DNA of 30,945 nucleotides from a virus (lineage: Duplodnaviria > Heunggongvirae > Uroviricota > Caudoviricetes), in IMG/VR virus record IMGVR_UViG_2802429246_000009. One strand, given 5' to 3'. This document shows positions 18,659 to 27,646 of this stretch, in pieces. The translations under genes were made by a program, and so were the position numbers. Position 1 is the stretch's first letter. Each line of letters begins with the position of its first letter. Below the pieces are notes generated by a model, which searched no databases, was not told where the DNA came from, and saw only the letters and a list, made by a program, of their open reading frames with translations.

Positions 18659-20431
18659 ATGACCATCACCACAGACACCACTCTTTTACACGACCCGCGT
18701 CGTCAGGCGGCGCTGCTGTACTGGCAGGGGTTTTCCGTGCCGCAGATTGCCGCCATGTTGCAGATGAAACGCCCGACGGTGCAGAGCTGGAAACAGCGCG
18801 ACGGCTGGGACAGTGTTGCCCCCATCAGCCGTGTCGAAATGAGTCTGGAAGCGCGGCTGACCCAGCTCATCATCAAACCGCAGAAAACCGGCGGTGACTT
18901 CAAGGAAATTGACCTGCTGGGACGCCAGATTGAACGACTGGCACGGGTCAACCGCTACAGCCAGACCGGCAACGAGGCAGACCTTAATCCGAACGTCGCT
19001 AACCGCAACAAAGGCGGGCGGCGCAAACCGAAAAAGAATTTTTTCAGTGACGAGGCCATCGAAAAGCTGGAGCAGATTTTCTTTGAGCAGTCTTTCGACT
19101 ATCAGTTGCACTGGTATCGTGCCGGGCTTGAGCACCGCATCCGCGATATCCTGAAATCCCGCCAGATTGGCGCAACGTTTTATTTTTCCCGCGAGGCGCT
19201 GCTGCGCGCCCTGAAAACCGGCCATAACCAGATTTTTCTGTCGGCCAGTAAAACGCAGGCGTATGTGTTCCGCGAATACATCATCGCCTTTGCCCGGCTG
19301 GTTGACGTTGACCTGACCGGTGACCCGATTGTCCTGGGCAATAACGGCGCAAAACTGATTTTTCTCGGCACCAACTCCAACACCGCGCAGAGCCATAATG
19401 GCGACCTGTACGTCGACGAGATTTTCTGGATCCCGAATTTTCAGGTACTGCGTAAGGTGGCATCAGGTATGGCCTCACAGAGTCACCTGCGCTCGACCTA
19501 TTTCTCCACCCCGTCCACGCTGGCGCACGACGCCTACCCGTTCTGGTCGGGTGAACTGTTCAACCGGGGACGCGCCAGCGCCGCCGAACGCGTGGAAATC
19601 GACGTCAGTCATAACGCCCTTGCCGGTGGGCTTCTCTGTGCGGACGGTCAGTGGCGGCAGATTGTCACCATTGAGGATGCGCTGAAAGGCGGCTGCACGC
19701 TGTTCGACATTGAGCAGCTCAAACGCGAAAACAGCGCCGATGATTTTAAAAATCTGTTCATGTGTGAATTTGTTGACGACAAGGCGTCGGTGTTCCCGTT
19801 CGAGGAGCTGCAACGCTGCATGGTCGACACGCTGGAAGAATGGGAAGACTATGCGCCGTTTGCCGCCAATCCGTTCGGCTCCCGCCCGGTATGGATTGGC
19901 TACGACCCGTCACACCGTGGCGACAGTGCCGGATGCGTGGTGCTGGCACCGCCGGTGGTGGCCGGTGGCAAATTCAGAATACTTGAGCGTCACCAGTGGA
20001 AAGGCATGGACTTTGCCACCCAGGCTGAATCCATCCGCAAACTCACCGAAAAATACAACGTCGAATACATCGGTATTGATGCCACCGGCCTCGGTGTCGG
20101 CGTATTCCAGCTCGTGCGCTCGTTCTATCCCGCCGCGCGCGATATCCGCTACACGCCGGAAATGAAAACCGCAATGGTGCTCAAGGCAAAAGACGTTATC
20201 CGCCGTGGCTGTCTGGAATATGACGTCAGCGCCACCGACATCACCAGCTCGTTCATGGCTATCCGCAAGACCATGACCAGCAGCGGACGCAGCGCCACCT
20301 ATGAGGCCAGCCGCAGCGAGGAAGCCAGCCACGCCGACCTCGCCTGGGCGACCATGCACGCCCTGTTAAATGAGCCACTCACCGCCGGTATCAGCACTCC
20401 GCTGACATCCACCATTCTGGAGTTTTACTGA
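18659..20431 (+). CDS. P: terminase ATPase/large subunit gpP
   Basis: 590-aa product from ATG at 18659 (MTITTDTTLLHDPRRQ...) with a GAGGT RBS; length matches P2 P. Confidence 0.9.
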   Translation: MTITTDTTLLHDPRRQAALLYWQGFSVPQIAAMLQMKRPTVQSWKQRDGWDSVAPISRVEMSLEARLTQLIIKPQKTGGDFKEIDLLGRQIERLARVNRYSQTGNEADLNPNVANRNKGGRRKPKKNFFSDEAIEKLEQIFFEQSFDYQLHWYRAGLEHRIRDILKSRQIGATFYFSREALLRALKTGHNQIFLSASKTQAYVFREYIIAFARLVDVDLTGDPIVLGNNGAKLIFLGTNSNTAQSHNGDLYVDEIFWIPNFQVLRKVASGMASQSHLRSTYFSTPSTLAHDAYPFWSGELFNRGRASAAERVEIDVSHNALAGGLLCADGQWRQIVTIEDALKGGCTLFDIEQLKRENSADDFKNLFMCEFVDDKASVFPFEELQRCMVDTLEEWEDYAPFAANPFGSRPVWIGYDPSHRGDSAGCVVLAPPVVAGGKFRILERHQWKGMDFATQAESIRKLTEKYNVEYIGIDATGLGVGVFQLVRSFYPAARDIRYTPEMKTAMVLKAKDVIRRGCLEYDVSATDITSSFMAIRKTMTSSGRSATYEASRSEEASHADLAWATMHALLNEPLTAGISTPLTSTILEFY

Positions 20432-21465
20432 TGAGCAAGAAAAAAGGGAAAACACCGCAACCTGCGACAAAAACAATGACCGCCAGCGCCCCGAAAATGG
20501 AGGCATTCACCTTTGGTGAGCCGGTGCCGGTACTCGACCGCCGTGACATTCTGGATTACGTCGAGTGCATCAGTAACGGCAGATGGTATGAGCCACCGGT
20601 CAGCTTTACCGGTCTGGCAAAAAGCCTGCGTGCTGCCGTGCATCACAGCTCACCGATTTACGTCAAACGCAATATTCTGGCTTCAACGTTTATCCCGCAC
20701 CCGTGGCTTTCCCAGCAGGATTTCAGCCGCTTTGTGCTGGATTTTCTGGTGTTCGGTAATGCGTTTCTGGAAAAGCGTTACAGCACCACCGGTAAGGTCA
20801 TCAGACTGGAAACCTCACCGGCAAAATATACCCGCCGTGGCGTGGAAGAGGATGTTTACTGGTGGGTGCCGTCCTTCCATGAGCCGACAGCCTTCGCGCC
20901 CGGCTCCGTGTTTCACCTGCTGGAGCCGGATATTAATCAGGAGCTGTACGGCCTGCCGGAATATCTCAGCGCCCTTAACTCTGCCTGGCTGAATGAGTCA
21001 GCCACGCTGTTCCGCCGCAAGTATTACGAAAACGGCGCACATGCCGGATACATCATGTACGTCACTGATGCCGTGCAGGATCGCAATGATATCGAAATGC
21101 TCCGCGAAAACATGGTGAAGTCGAAAGGCCGCAACAACTTTAAAAATCTGTTTCTCTATGCCCCGCAGGGGAAAGCCGACGGCATTAAAATTATCCCGCT
21201 CAGTGAAGTGGCAACGAAGGACGATTTTTTTAATATCAAAAAAGCCAGCGCCGCTGACCTGCTGGACGCGCACCGTATCCCCTTTCAGTTGATGGGCGGC
21301 AAGCCGGAGAACGTCGGGTCGCTGGGTGATATTGAAAAAGTGGCAAAGGTCTTTGTCCGCAATGAGCTTATCCCGCTACAGGACAGGATTCGGGAAATAA
21401 ACGGCTGGCTCGGCCAGGAGGTCATCCGCTTTAAAAACTACTCACTGGAGACTGACAACGGCTGA
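20431..21465 (+). CDS. Q: portal protein gpQ
   Basis: 344 aa; start overlaps the P stop (TGATG); length and position as P2 Q. Confidence 0.9.
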   Translation: MSKKKGKTPQPATKTMTASAPKMEAFTFGEPVPVLDRRDILDYVECISNGRWYEPPVSFTGLAKSLRAAVHHSSPIYVKRNILASTFIPHPWLSQQDFSRFVLDFLVFGNAFLEKRYSTTGKVIRLETSPAKYTRRGVEEDVYWWVPSFHEPTAFAPGSVFHLLEPDINQELYGLPEYLSALNSAWLNESATLFRRKYYENGAHAGYIMYVTDAVQDRNDIEMLRENMVKSKGRNNFKNLFLYAPQGKADGIKIIPLSEVATKDDFFNIKKASAADLLDAHRIPFQLMGGKPENVGSLGDIEKVAKVFVRNELIPLQDRIREINGWLGQEVIRFKNYSLETDNG

Positions 21466-21470
21466 ACATC

Positions 21471-21492
21471 GCCGCCTGCGGGCGGCTTTTTT
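21471..21492 (+). terminator. rho-independent terminator after Q
   Basis: GC hairpin gccgcc-tgcg-ggcggc followed by TTTTTT, 6 nt after the Q stop. Confidence 0.65.
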
Positions 21493-21634
21493 ACACCCCG
21501 CCATCACGCCCTCACACGCTCATCACCGCACAAAAAATCCCGCAGACACACCAACGCCCCGGCGCACAATCTAAACGCCATCACGACGCGCTCAGACGCT
21601 GAAAAAATAAAATCAGCACCACCGCCAGCGCGCA

Positions 21635-21653
21635 GTGCTTTCCCCGCCTCGCC
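21635..21653. other. cos: cos site (19-nt cohesive end sequence)
   Basis: gtgctttccccgcctcgcc is the reverse complement of GGCGAGGCGGGGAAAGCAC, which I recall as the P2 cohesive end; located between Q and the old/tin-equivalent locus as in P2. Confidence 0.75.
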
Positions 21654-21777
21654 CGCCCGCTTCGTAGGGCGGTTTTAATGCAAATGCATTCTGGTTCCAT
21701 GCATTTTGATGGCAATAATATACGCACAAAATTTATCGGACATAACGTATGCATTTTCATGCACCGTCATGCCCCCC

Positions 21778-21836
21778 TTGACAATCCCATGATTTTTTAG
21801 AGCAAGCTTGCATTCCATACTGTCAAAACACATTAT
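21778..21836 (+). promoter_or_regulatory. putative sigma70-like promoter of the cargo operon
   Basis: TTGACA at 21778..21783 and TTGCAT (21808..21813) with a 17-nt spacer to CATTAT (21831..21836), about 30 nt upstream of the RBS; weak match, position uncertain. Confidence 0.3.
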
Positions 21837-21867
21837 ATACTTGGGCTTTTTATACAAGGACTTAAAC

Positions 21868-23568
21868 ATGTTAACAAAATTCTCAGGAAAAAATTACAAA
21901 GCATTTAAGGATTTCTCGTTCGAGATTAAGCCTATAACGGTGTTATTAGGAGCAAATAGCTGTGGAAAAAGCGCACTTATCAATTCACTTTTGATGTTTT
22001 CACAAACAGCAGAAACAATAAACATTTCCGAATCAGCACTAAGATTAAATGGAAATAAGGTTGGCATGGGGGAATCTCTGAATATCATCAGAGAAAAAAA
22101 CCCCAAAAACACCTTAAGTTTTTCATTTGAAATATCAAACCAACAATCCTTGCGATACGACATTCACAAAAGCAAGCGAGATTTTATTGACTTCTATTTT
22201 TCACTTGCCAGATATTTGGGACAAGTATTAAAAAGTGCGGCATCAACAACACCCAGCAGTGATTTGATGAACAATAGTTTTAATGACACGTTAAAAACTA
22301 TTGATAAAATCGAATCAAACTATATGTTTAGAGACACTTACAACTCTGCACAACTTAAAGCCATTTCTGATGGTGTTTGCGAATTATTATCAAAATACAG
22401 ACAACTACCTGAGGATGTTGCAAAAAAATCCCGTCCACATCTCGATCGACTAGCAGAGTTTGTTAATATTGTTTCTTTCGAAAACATTCAAAGCAGCTTA
22501 ATGTCATTAGCATCTCTTAGTGCAAAAAAAATATCCCCCAAACGAATTGATTATGATTTTTGCTTTGATAAAAAATCAAACCAACTAAAAATAACCGGGT
22601 GCGCTTTTCATAATCACTTAGGCGAATGCATCACCAGCTTGGGTATATCTAAAGGGAAATTCTTTTTACGCTCTGACGTTATTAAAAGAACTCACTTAAG
22701 CAAATCCCGAGAAGAGATATCGAAACTAATCAATTTCAATTCACTATCCCTTATAGATGAAATTCAAAACGTTAATTTCATTGACAAACACATTGTGTCC
22801 CTTGACCCATTCGCTAGTTTATTCTGCAACTATCTTGAGAAGCTAACAAAAGCATTTATCTCTGAGTTTAATGGTGTAAAAATAAATCATGTCAGCCCAT
22901 TAAGGGCATTCCCTCAACGCTACTATCTTTTAGACAAGTCTATACAGCATACTTTTCTTAATGTTCTGGAAGGTAATGAACTGGCTGAGGTGTTAAAGAA
23001 AAATCCAGAAATAAAAAATAAAATTAATATTTTACTGGCAAAGTTCAATCTTGAAGTAGATGTCGTCATGGTTAATGACATCATTCATAAGATCAACATC
23101 ACCCAAGATTCCATCTCTCTAGAGTTAACAGATGTAGGTTTTGGCATATCTCAGGTTTTACCTATTTTGGTTCAAGCTTATTTGTCCCCTAAAAATTCCA
23201 TCACTATTATAGAACAACCAGAAATTCACTTACACCCCAAAATGCAAGCATGGCTCACTGATGCTTTAATTCACATTGCATTAAAAGAGAAAAAAAGATT
23301 TATTATTGAAACTCACAGTGACGCTCTAATCAGAAGAATCAGATTGCGTATTGTTGATACTAAATCGAGCCTTACACCAAATGATGTAATGCTTTGCAAT
23401 CTTGAAAGAAAATCTGAAGATAATGTCACTAGTTTAAAAGTGATTCCTATTACCGAGGATGGAGATATAACTTGGCCTGCGGATTTTTTAGACATTGAAA
23501 TTCAAGACACACTTCAAATCCAGAATTTTAAAGTTAAAAAACATCTTAAAAATAAAGGTCTGTTATAA
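21868..23568 (+). CDS. ABC-type (OLD/AAA_15/AAA_21-like) ATPase, candidate defence ATPase; no TOPRIM domain
   Basis: 566 aa from ATG 21868 (AAGGA RBS 7 nt upstream; the ORF-track start at 21808 is TTG). Walker A GANSCGKS about 21949..21972; signature-like LTDVGFGISQVLPIL; Walker B/D-loop ITIIEQPEIHLHP about 23200..23238; H-loop FIIETHSD. Only about 70 aa follow the H-loop. Confidence 0.8.
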   Translation: MLTKFSGKNYKAFKDFSFEIKPITVLLGANSCGKSALINSLLMFSQTAETINISESALRLNGNKVGMGESLNIIREKNPKNTLSFSFEISNQQSLRYDIHKSKRDFIDFYFSLARYLGQVLKSAASTTPSSDLMNNSFNDTLKTIDKIESNYMFRDTYNSAQLKAISDGVCELLSKYRQLPEDVAKKSRPHLDRLAEFVNIVSFENIQSSLMSLASLSAKKISPKRIDYDFCFDKKSNQLKITGCAFHNHLGECITSLGISKGKFFLRSDVIKRTHLSKSREEISKLINFNSLSLIDEIQNVNFIDKHIVSLDPFASLFCNYLEKLTKAFISEFNGVKINHVSPLRAFPQRYYLLDKSIQHTFLNVLEGNELAEVLKKNPEIKNKINILLAKFNLEVDVVMVNDIIHKINITQDSISLELTDVGFGISQVLPILVQAYLSPKNSITIIEQPEIHLHPKMQAWLTDALIHIALKEKKRFIIETHSDALIRRIRLRIVDTKSSLTPNDVMLCNLERKSEDNVTSLKVIPITEDGDITWPADFLDIEIQDTLQIQNFKVKKHLKNKGLL

Positions 23569-24570
23569 ATGTTTTACACTCATTGTATAAGCCCTGAATT
23601 CATGGGGCTTCACATCAAAAATATGGACACTTTTATTTCGATTTTTATGGGTGTTTTAATGAATCCGCAGAACCAGATCGTTTTAGATGAGGCAGGAATA
23701 ATTGAACAACAATATTTATTAAGTCTTAATAACGACAAATCAGCTTTTTTGCTCTACCAAACTTGGGAGAAAGCCATAAAATCAGACAGTTGCCAAGGTA
23801 AACTATTACTTTCTTCTCCCAATATATCATCTTCAATACATGATTATGTAGTTTCAGCTATTTCATGTGCTATAACCACAAACGACAAAACAATATTAAC
23901 TGCTGATAACAATTTGTACAGCGCGGCTTTACCTATTTTATCCAGACAAAAAATTCACTTACTGGGAATAAGTCATCTAACCCCTCAATCATCAGCAAGC
24001 ATTATAGGTAAACATATGTCTTTTACAAAACTTGATTATGATATTGCCTGGTCTCTAGAGAGATTGGTTCGGCTTCATCGAAAAGGGAACACAGAGGATG
24101 ACTTAAATGACTTACTCCGTGAATACTTGCTTGCGAAGGAATACGAGATAAAAGACCAAACTCGTGAAGGCATATCTACAAGTGGAAAGAGCGCCGGAGA
24201 ACTTGATATTATTGTTGAGCACAACTCAAACATGTTTGCAATATTAGAAGCAATGAAGCTTAGTCAGATAAACAAGGAGTATATCACCATTCATTACAAA
24301 AAAATGCTTGTCAATTACAACCCTCTGGACGTAAAGAGATTATTCCTCATTACTTATTACGATGGAAAAAAATTCGATACCTGGTGGGATAACTACGTTG
24401 AATTTGTAAAAAGTATAGACTACACCACATTAAACCCTGAAGTCGAAAACACAACATTTGTTAACACAGAAAAGATTAACACGAACTTTGGGAATGTAAA
24501 AAAAATGCTACACCACGGCCTGGCTAATGGTGAACAATTTTCCGTCATACATTATGCAGTAAAACTGTAA
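23569..24570 (+). CDS. hypothetical protein, partner of the ATPase (possible effector/nuclease; unassigned)
   Basis: 333 aa; ATG immediately follows the gene-1 TAA (TAAATG), AAAGG about 10 nt upstream; AT-rich codon usage like gene 1. Start codon choice is uncertain (other in-frame Met at residues 12, 19, 27, 31). Confidence 0.7.
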   Translation: MFYTHCISPEFMGLHIKNMDTFISIFMGVLMNPQNQIVLDEAGIIEQQYLLSLNNDKSAFLLYQTWEKAIKSDSCQGKLLLSSPNISSSIHDYVVSAISCAITTNDKTILTADNNLYSAALPILSRQKIHLLGISHLTPQSSASIIGKHMSFTKLDYDIAWSLERLVRLHRKGNTEDDLNDLLREYLLAKEYEIKDQTREGISTSGKSAGELDIIVEHNSNMFAILEAMKLSQINKEYITIHYKKMLVNYNPLDVKRLFLITYYDGKKFDTWWDNYVEFVKSIDYTTLNPEVENTTFVNTEKINTNFGNVKKMLHHGLANGEQFSVIHYAVKL

Positions 24571-24578
24571 CTTTTATA

Positions 24579-24608
24579 ACGTGGTGATTGACATCACCAC
24601 GTTTTTAT
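24579..24608 (+). terminator. rho-independent terminator after the cargo operon
   Basis: 10-bp perfect stem acgtggtgat / atcaccacgt with loop TGAC, followed by TTTTAT; 8 nt after the gene-2 stop. Confidence 0.65.
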
Positions 24609-24871
24609 CCTAAAACAAAATAACAGAAGTTTAGTTAAAACCGCCTTTCAATTCTTTTAGATATATGGTCTATATACCAGAATTATTATTTCAGGTAATC
24701 GTCCGCATGATGAGTTCATTGCTATCCATTGCTCTATAGTTTCGGCTATCAACATATCGAACAACCTGACCTGTACTCACCAATTTGCATAAAACTGTCA
24801 CACCCCAAGGTTTTTACCAACACTGAAAATAACACCAATCAGATAATTATTTATTTAGATTAACTTGGTTA

Positions 24872-27160
24872 TCATAAATTCCATTCGGATACTGTTGAAT
24901 AACCAAGCCACTCATCAGCGACCGGATACGTGAATTTTTTCCCGTCATAATTTACGGTCGCGCCACGCGCCAGCGCCTCAAGCTCCCATCGCTGCGGCCT
25001 GATACCGTTCTGAGCAAGGTCAACGCGGATACGGGTAATTTGCAATCGTTCCGACCGGGTCAGCCTGGCTGATGGCGCTATTTCATGCGGTTTTAACGGG
25101 CTTCCGTTTCTTTGCTGACGATTTGGTGTTCTCAGTCCGTGTTTTAATGCACCTCTGAGCGCCCTCATAACCTCCGGATCATTCCATTCGATAACACCGT
25201 CATCAACCAGATTAAGCACTGCTGCGGCGTGCTCAGAAGGTGTGGGAGCCGGTAACGAAGCATCACCGCCGGTGAGCTTTCCACAGTTATTGACAGGACT
25301 CCGAGGCGCGGCGATGCCGCTTTTTAAAGTCAAAGGCTCAACGACCGGAACTTTCGGCACAATGCGCCAGTCCGTCGTTCTGGTGATATGAATATGACGC
25401 GCGCCGAGATGCGGCGCGTAAATGCCGACCACTCTCTCGACTTCTTCCTCGTACTCGTTAACTTCATCCGACGGACTACGGGCAACCCTGACAGTCTGAC
25501 AATCGCGCGGAACATTTGCCCCACCCTGCGCGCTGATATACAACGCAAAATCACCACTGTCTGCGGCAGCGCGTGCAGCCTCGACGCGTTCGTCAAACTC
25601 ATCAGCAATGCTGACGCCGCGAGGCAATTTGCGTAGTTCACGGTAAGCCCCCATTGTCGGCAGGCCAACCGTTTTAAATTGCGGAATGCGCCACGTTGAC
25701 GCCCATGCGGTAACAGCCGCGGCAGTGTCTTTCAGCGGCCTGCCGGTATCGTTATCGAGCTGACCATCCAGTGCATAGCCGTCGATATTTTTCGAAATGT
25801 ATTTCGCGATATATCCCGCAGCACCGCCCCGGTTAAGGTGTTTTGCCTGAAAACGGTTTCGCGCGGCTCCTCTTTCGTCGCCATCCTCTTTGAGCGCATA
25901 GCGACGCATGATTTCGATAATCTGGTTACGCTGGCGTGGATTACAAAAAAGCATCATATGCCAGTGCGGCGTTCCGTCGTGGTGTGGCTCGACGACTCGC
26001 AAACCGTAGACCTGTAAATCATTATCCTTGAATGCCGTGCGCATCAGGCTCCAGATACGGCAGAGATAACGCTGCGCATCCTTTGGATTAAATGCCTCAT
26101 CGTTCCAGCCGTGATTTAGCTGGACGGTTTTACTTTCGCCTTTTCTGACCTGACGTGTCGGGTGATACTTTGACGGCGCGGTCAGCGTGATAAACATCCC
26201 CACATCACCCTCTGCGGCGGCGTAACGCTCAATACCGGCGATGGTGTTCATCAGCTCCATCCGGCGAATTTCTGGATTAGAAATACTGCCCATCACCTTA
26301 CTGATAAGGTCGATGCGCTCGCCGGTTTCCCTGTTCTCAAGGTCACACGATTTAAGAAATTCCAGATTTGCCTGGCGGCGCGCACGCACATCACGAATGG
26401 CATGTTTACTGGCATAAGGAGAACGGTCTTTATTGACCTCCCCGACAGCAATCAGTAACGCCTCATGCCAGCGCATACGCTGGCCTTTAAGCTGATGAGT
26501 CCACCACTCATCGTTAAACAGGCGGGCAATGGCAGAATATGCCTGCCTCGTGGTCATCTGCCCTTTACGGTATTTTTTCCAGTAAAGCGGGGAAATATTG
26601 AAAGCACGTGCAGCGCCAGCAACATGACCATACAGATGTGCCTGCGCCTCATCCGTAAACAGCGATTCTTTTTCGCCATGCGCATCCACCCAGGCATCGC
26701 AGAGTTCCTCATACATCATGAAAAGCTGCGATGAGATACGGGCAGCAAACTTTTTCAGCTCCTTGTCATTCATTCCCGGCAGGCGCGCATAGTGGTCACG
26801 CTCTGCCAGAAACAGCAACGACGCGTCGGTGTTCATTTCATGGCGCTGATTCACACGCTCAATGCGCGGCCATAAACGACGCTGAAAAGTGGATGTGAGG
26901 AAATAAACCCCGTGCACCGGGCTTTTATTGCGCCGGATGTAGTCATAGCGTGAAGTAAACAGCGAGCGCAAAAAGTAAGGCAGGCGGTTAATCGTGGATA
27001 AAACACCTTGCACCTGACGCATCTCGTCACGTGTAAGGGGTCTTTCGCGCCCGACAGCCTCGCGTGGCGCGTTCCATGCATAAGCACCGGTAAACGCCTT
27101 ACCGGTGCCTGTGGCAAATGCTGACGGAGGGACAAAACGCCCGGAGGCTTTAACGGTCAT
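24872..27160 (-). CDS. A: replication initiation protein gpA (rolling-circle nickase)
   Basis: About 762 aa from ATG at 27160 (MTVKASGRFVPPSAF...); the ORF-track start at 27202 is TTG. Size and position as P2 A. Confidence 0.85.
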   Translation of the reverse strand: MTVKASGRFVPPSAFATGTGKAFTGAYAWNAPREAVGRERPLTRDEMRQVQGVLSTINRLPYFLRSLFTSRYDYIRRNKSPVHGVYFLTSTFQRRLWPRIERVNQRHEMNTDASLLFLAERDHYARLPGMNDKELKKFAARISSQLFMMYEELCDAWVDAHGEKESLFTDEAQAHLYGHVAGAARAFNISPLYWKKYRKGQMTTRQAYSAIARLFNDEWWTHQLKGQRMRWHEALLIAVGEVNKDRSPYASKHAIRDVRARRQANLEFLKSCDLENRETGERIDLISKVMGSISNPEIRRMELMNTIAGIERYAAAEGDVGMFITLTAPSKYHPTRQVRKGESKTVQLNHGWNDEAFNPKDAQRYLCRIWSLMRTAFKDNDLQVYGLRVVEPHHDGTPHWHMMLFCNPRQRNQIIEIMRRYALKEDGDERGAARNRFQAKHLNRGGAAGYIAKYISKNIDGYALDGQLDNDTGRPLKDTAAAVTAWASTWRIPQFKTVGLPTMGAYRELRKLPRGVSIADEFDERVEAARAAADSGDFALYISAQGGANVPRDCQTVRVARSPSDEVNEYEEEVERVVGIYAPHLGARHIHITRTTDWRIVPKVPVVEPLTLKSGIAAPRSPVNNCGKLTGGDASLPAPTPSEHAAAVLNLVDDGVIEWNDPEVMRALRGALKHGLRTPNRQQRNGSPLKPHEIAPSARLTRSERLQITRIRVDLAQNGIRPQRWELEALARGATVNYDGKKFTYPVADEWLGYSTVSEWNL

Positions 27161-27425
27161 GTGAGCCAAAAGCCTCTGAACAACGCTTGCTGAGTTGCTC
27201 AACCTGCGCGTTTAAATCAGCAAAAGATTTTGCGCTTCCGGTCAGAATATCGTGATGCATCATGCCGGAAACGAGCTGGCTTAATTTCGGGTAATAACCA
27301 ACCACCGCCAGCCATTCCTGGCCGGCGTTTTTACCGCTTTCCGCTCTCTTTTTCTCGTGGAGAATAAACTGAAAGCTGTCACTGGTAACGACATAACGTT
27401 CGCCAATTTCGATACGAATACTCAT
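27150..27425 (-). CDS. hypothetical early protein (P2 orf83 position)
   Basis: 91-aa ORF tightly packed between the zinc-finger ORF and A; no recognisable motif. Confidence 0.5.
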   Translation of the reverse strand: MSIRIEIGERYVVTSDSFQFILHEKKRAESGKNAGQEWLAVVGYYPKLSQLVSGMMHHDILTGSAKSFADLNAQVEQLSKRCSEAFGSHDR

Positions 27426-27646
27426 GCCATTCTCCGGTAATGCTTGTTTTTTGCTTCAAAGACTGACTGGCAGGAAACACAACGCGTGGCTGACGGATAA
27501 GCCGCACGACGGGCAGCAGGTATTGGCGCGTCACACTCTTCGCAAACCAGCGCAGAAGCACCGCAATGTTTTACCCTTGCCGCGTTAATCTGGCGCTCCA
27601 GTAATTCAGCTTGTTGTTCCTGAATAAAATCTACGTTGTCCGGCAT
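27422..27646 (-). CDS. TraR/DksA-family C4 zinc-finger protein
   Basis: 74 aa with CEEC...x17...CVSC spacing typical of the DksA/TraR zinc finger; start overlaps the stop of the upstream ORF (TAATG). Confidence 0.6.
   Translation of the reverse strand: MPDNVDFIQEQQAELLERQINAARVKHCGASALVCEECDAPIPAARRAAYPSATRCVSCQSVFEAKNKHYRRMA

Larger units (their letters stand above)
21654..24871 (+). other. AT-rich accessory island at the P2 old/tin hotspot (cos-proximal), carrying a two-gene candidate defence operon
   Basis: Base composition is visibly far more AT-rich than the flanking phage genes; lies between cos and the 3' end of gene A; contains its own promoter-like region, two coupled genes and a terminator. 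Confidence 0.8.

Noticed and set aside
21808-21867. 20-codon N-terminal extension of the ATPase ORF given in the ORF track (586 aa)
   Set aside because: The upstream start is TTG without an RBS, whereas ATG at 21868 has AAGGA 7 nt upstream and gives the N-terminus typical of these ATPases.
21675-21869. 64-aa minus-strand ORF across the cos-proximal leader
   Set aside because: Overlaps the promoter/RBS region of the cargo operon, has no RBS, and is the kind of short ORF expected by chance in AT-rich sequence.
21868-23568. Possibility that gene 1 is simply the P2 Old protein
   Set aside because: Old-family proteins carry a C-terminal TOPRIM nuclease; here only about 70 residues follow the ATPase H-loop, too few for a TOPRIM domain, and the gene is coupled to a second ORF. 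A split-OLD-like relationship remains possible and is reported as a hypothesis.
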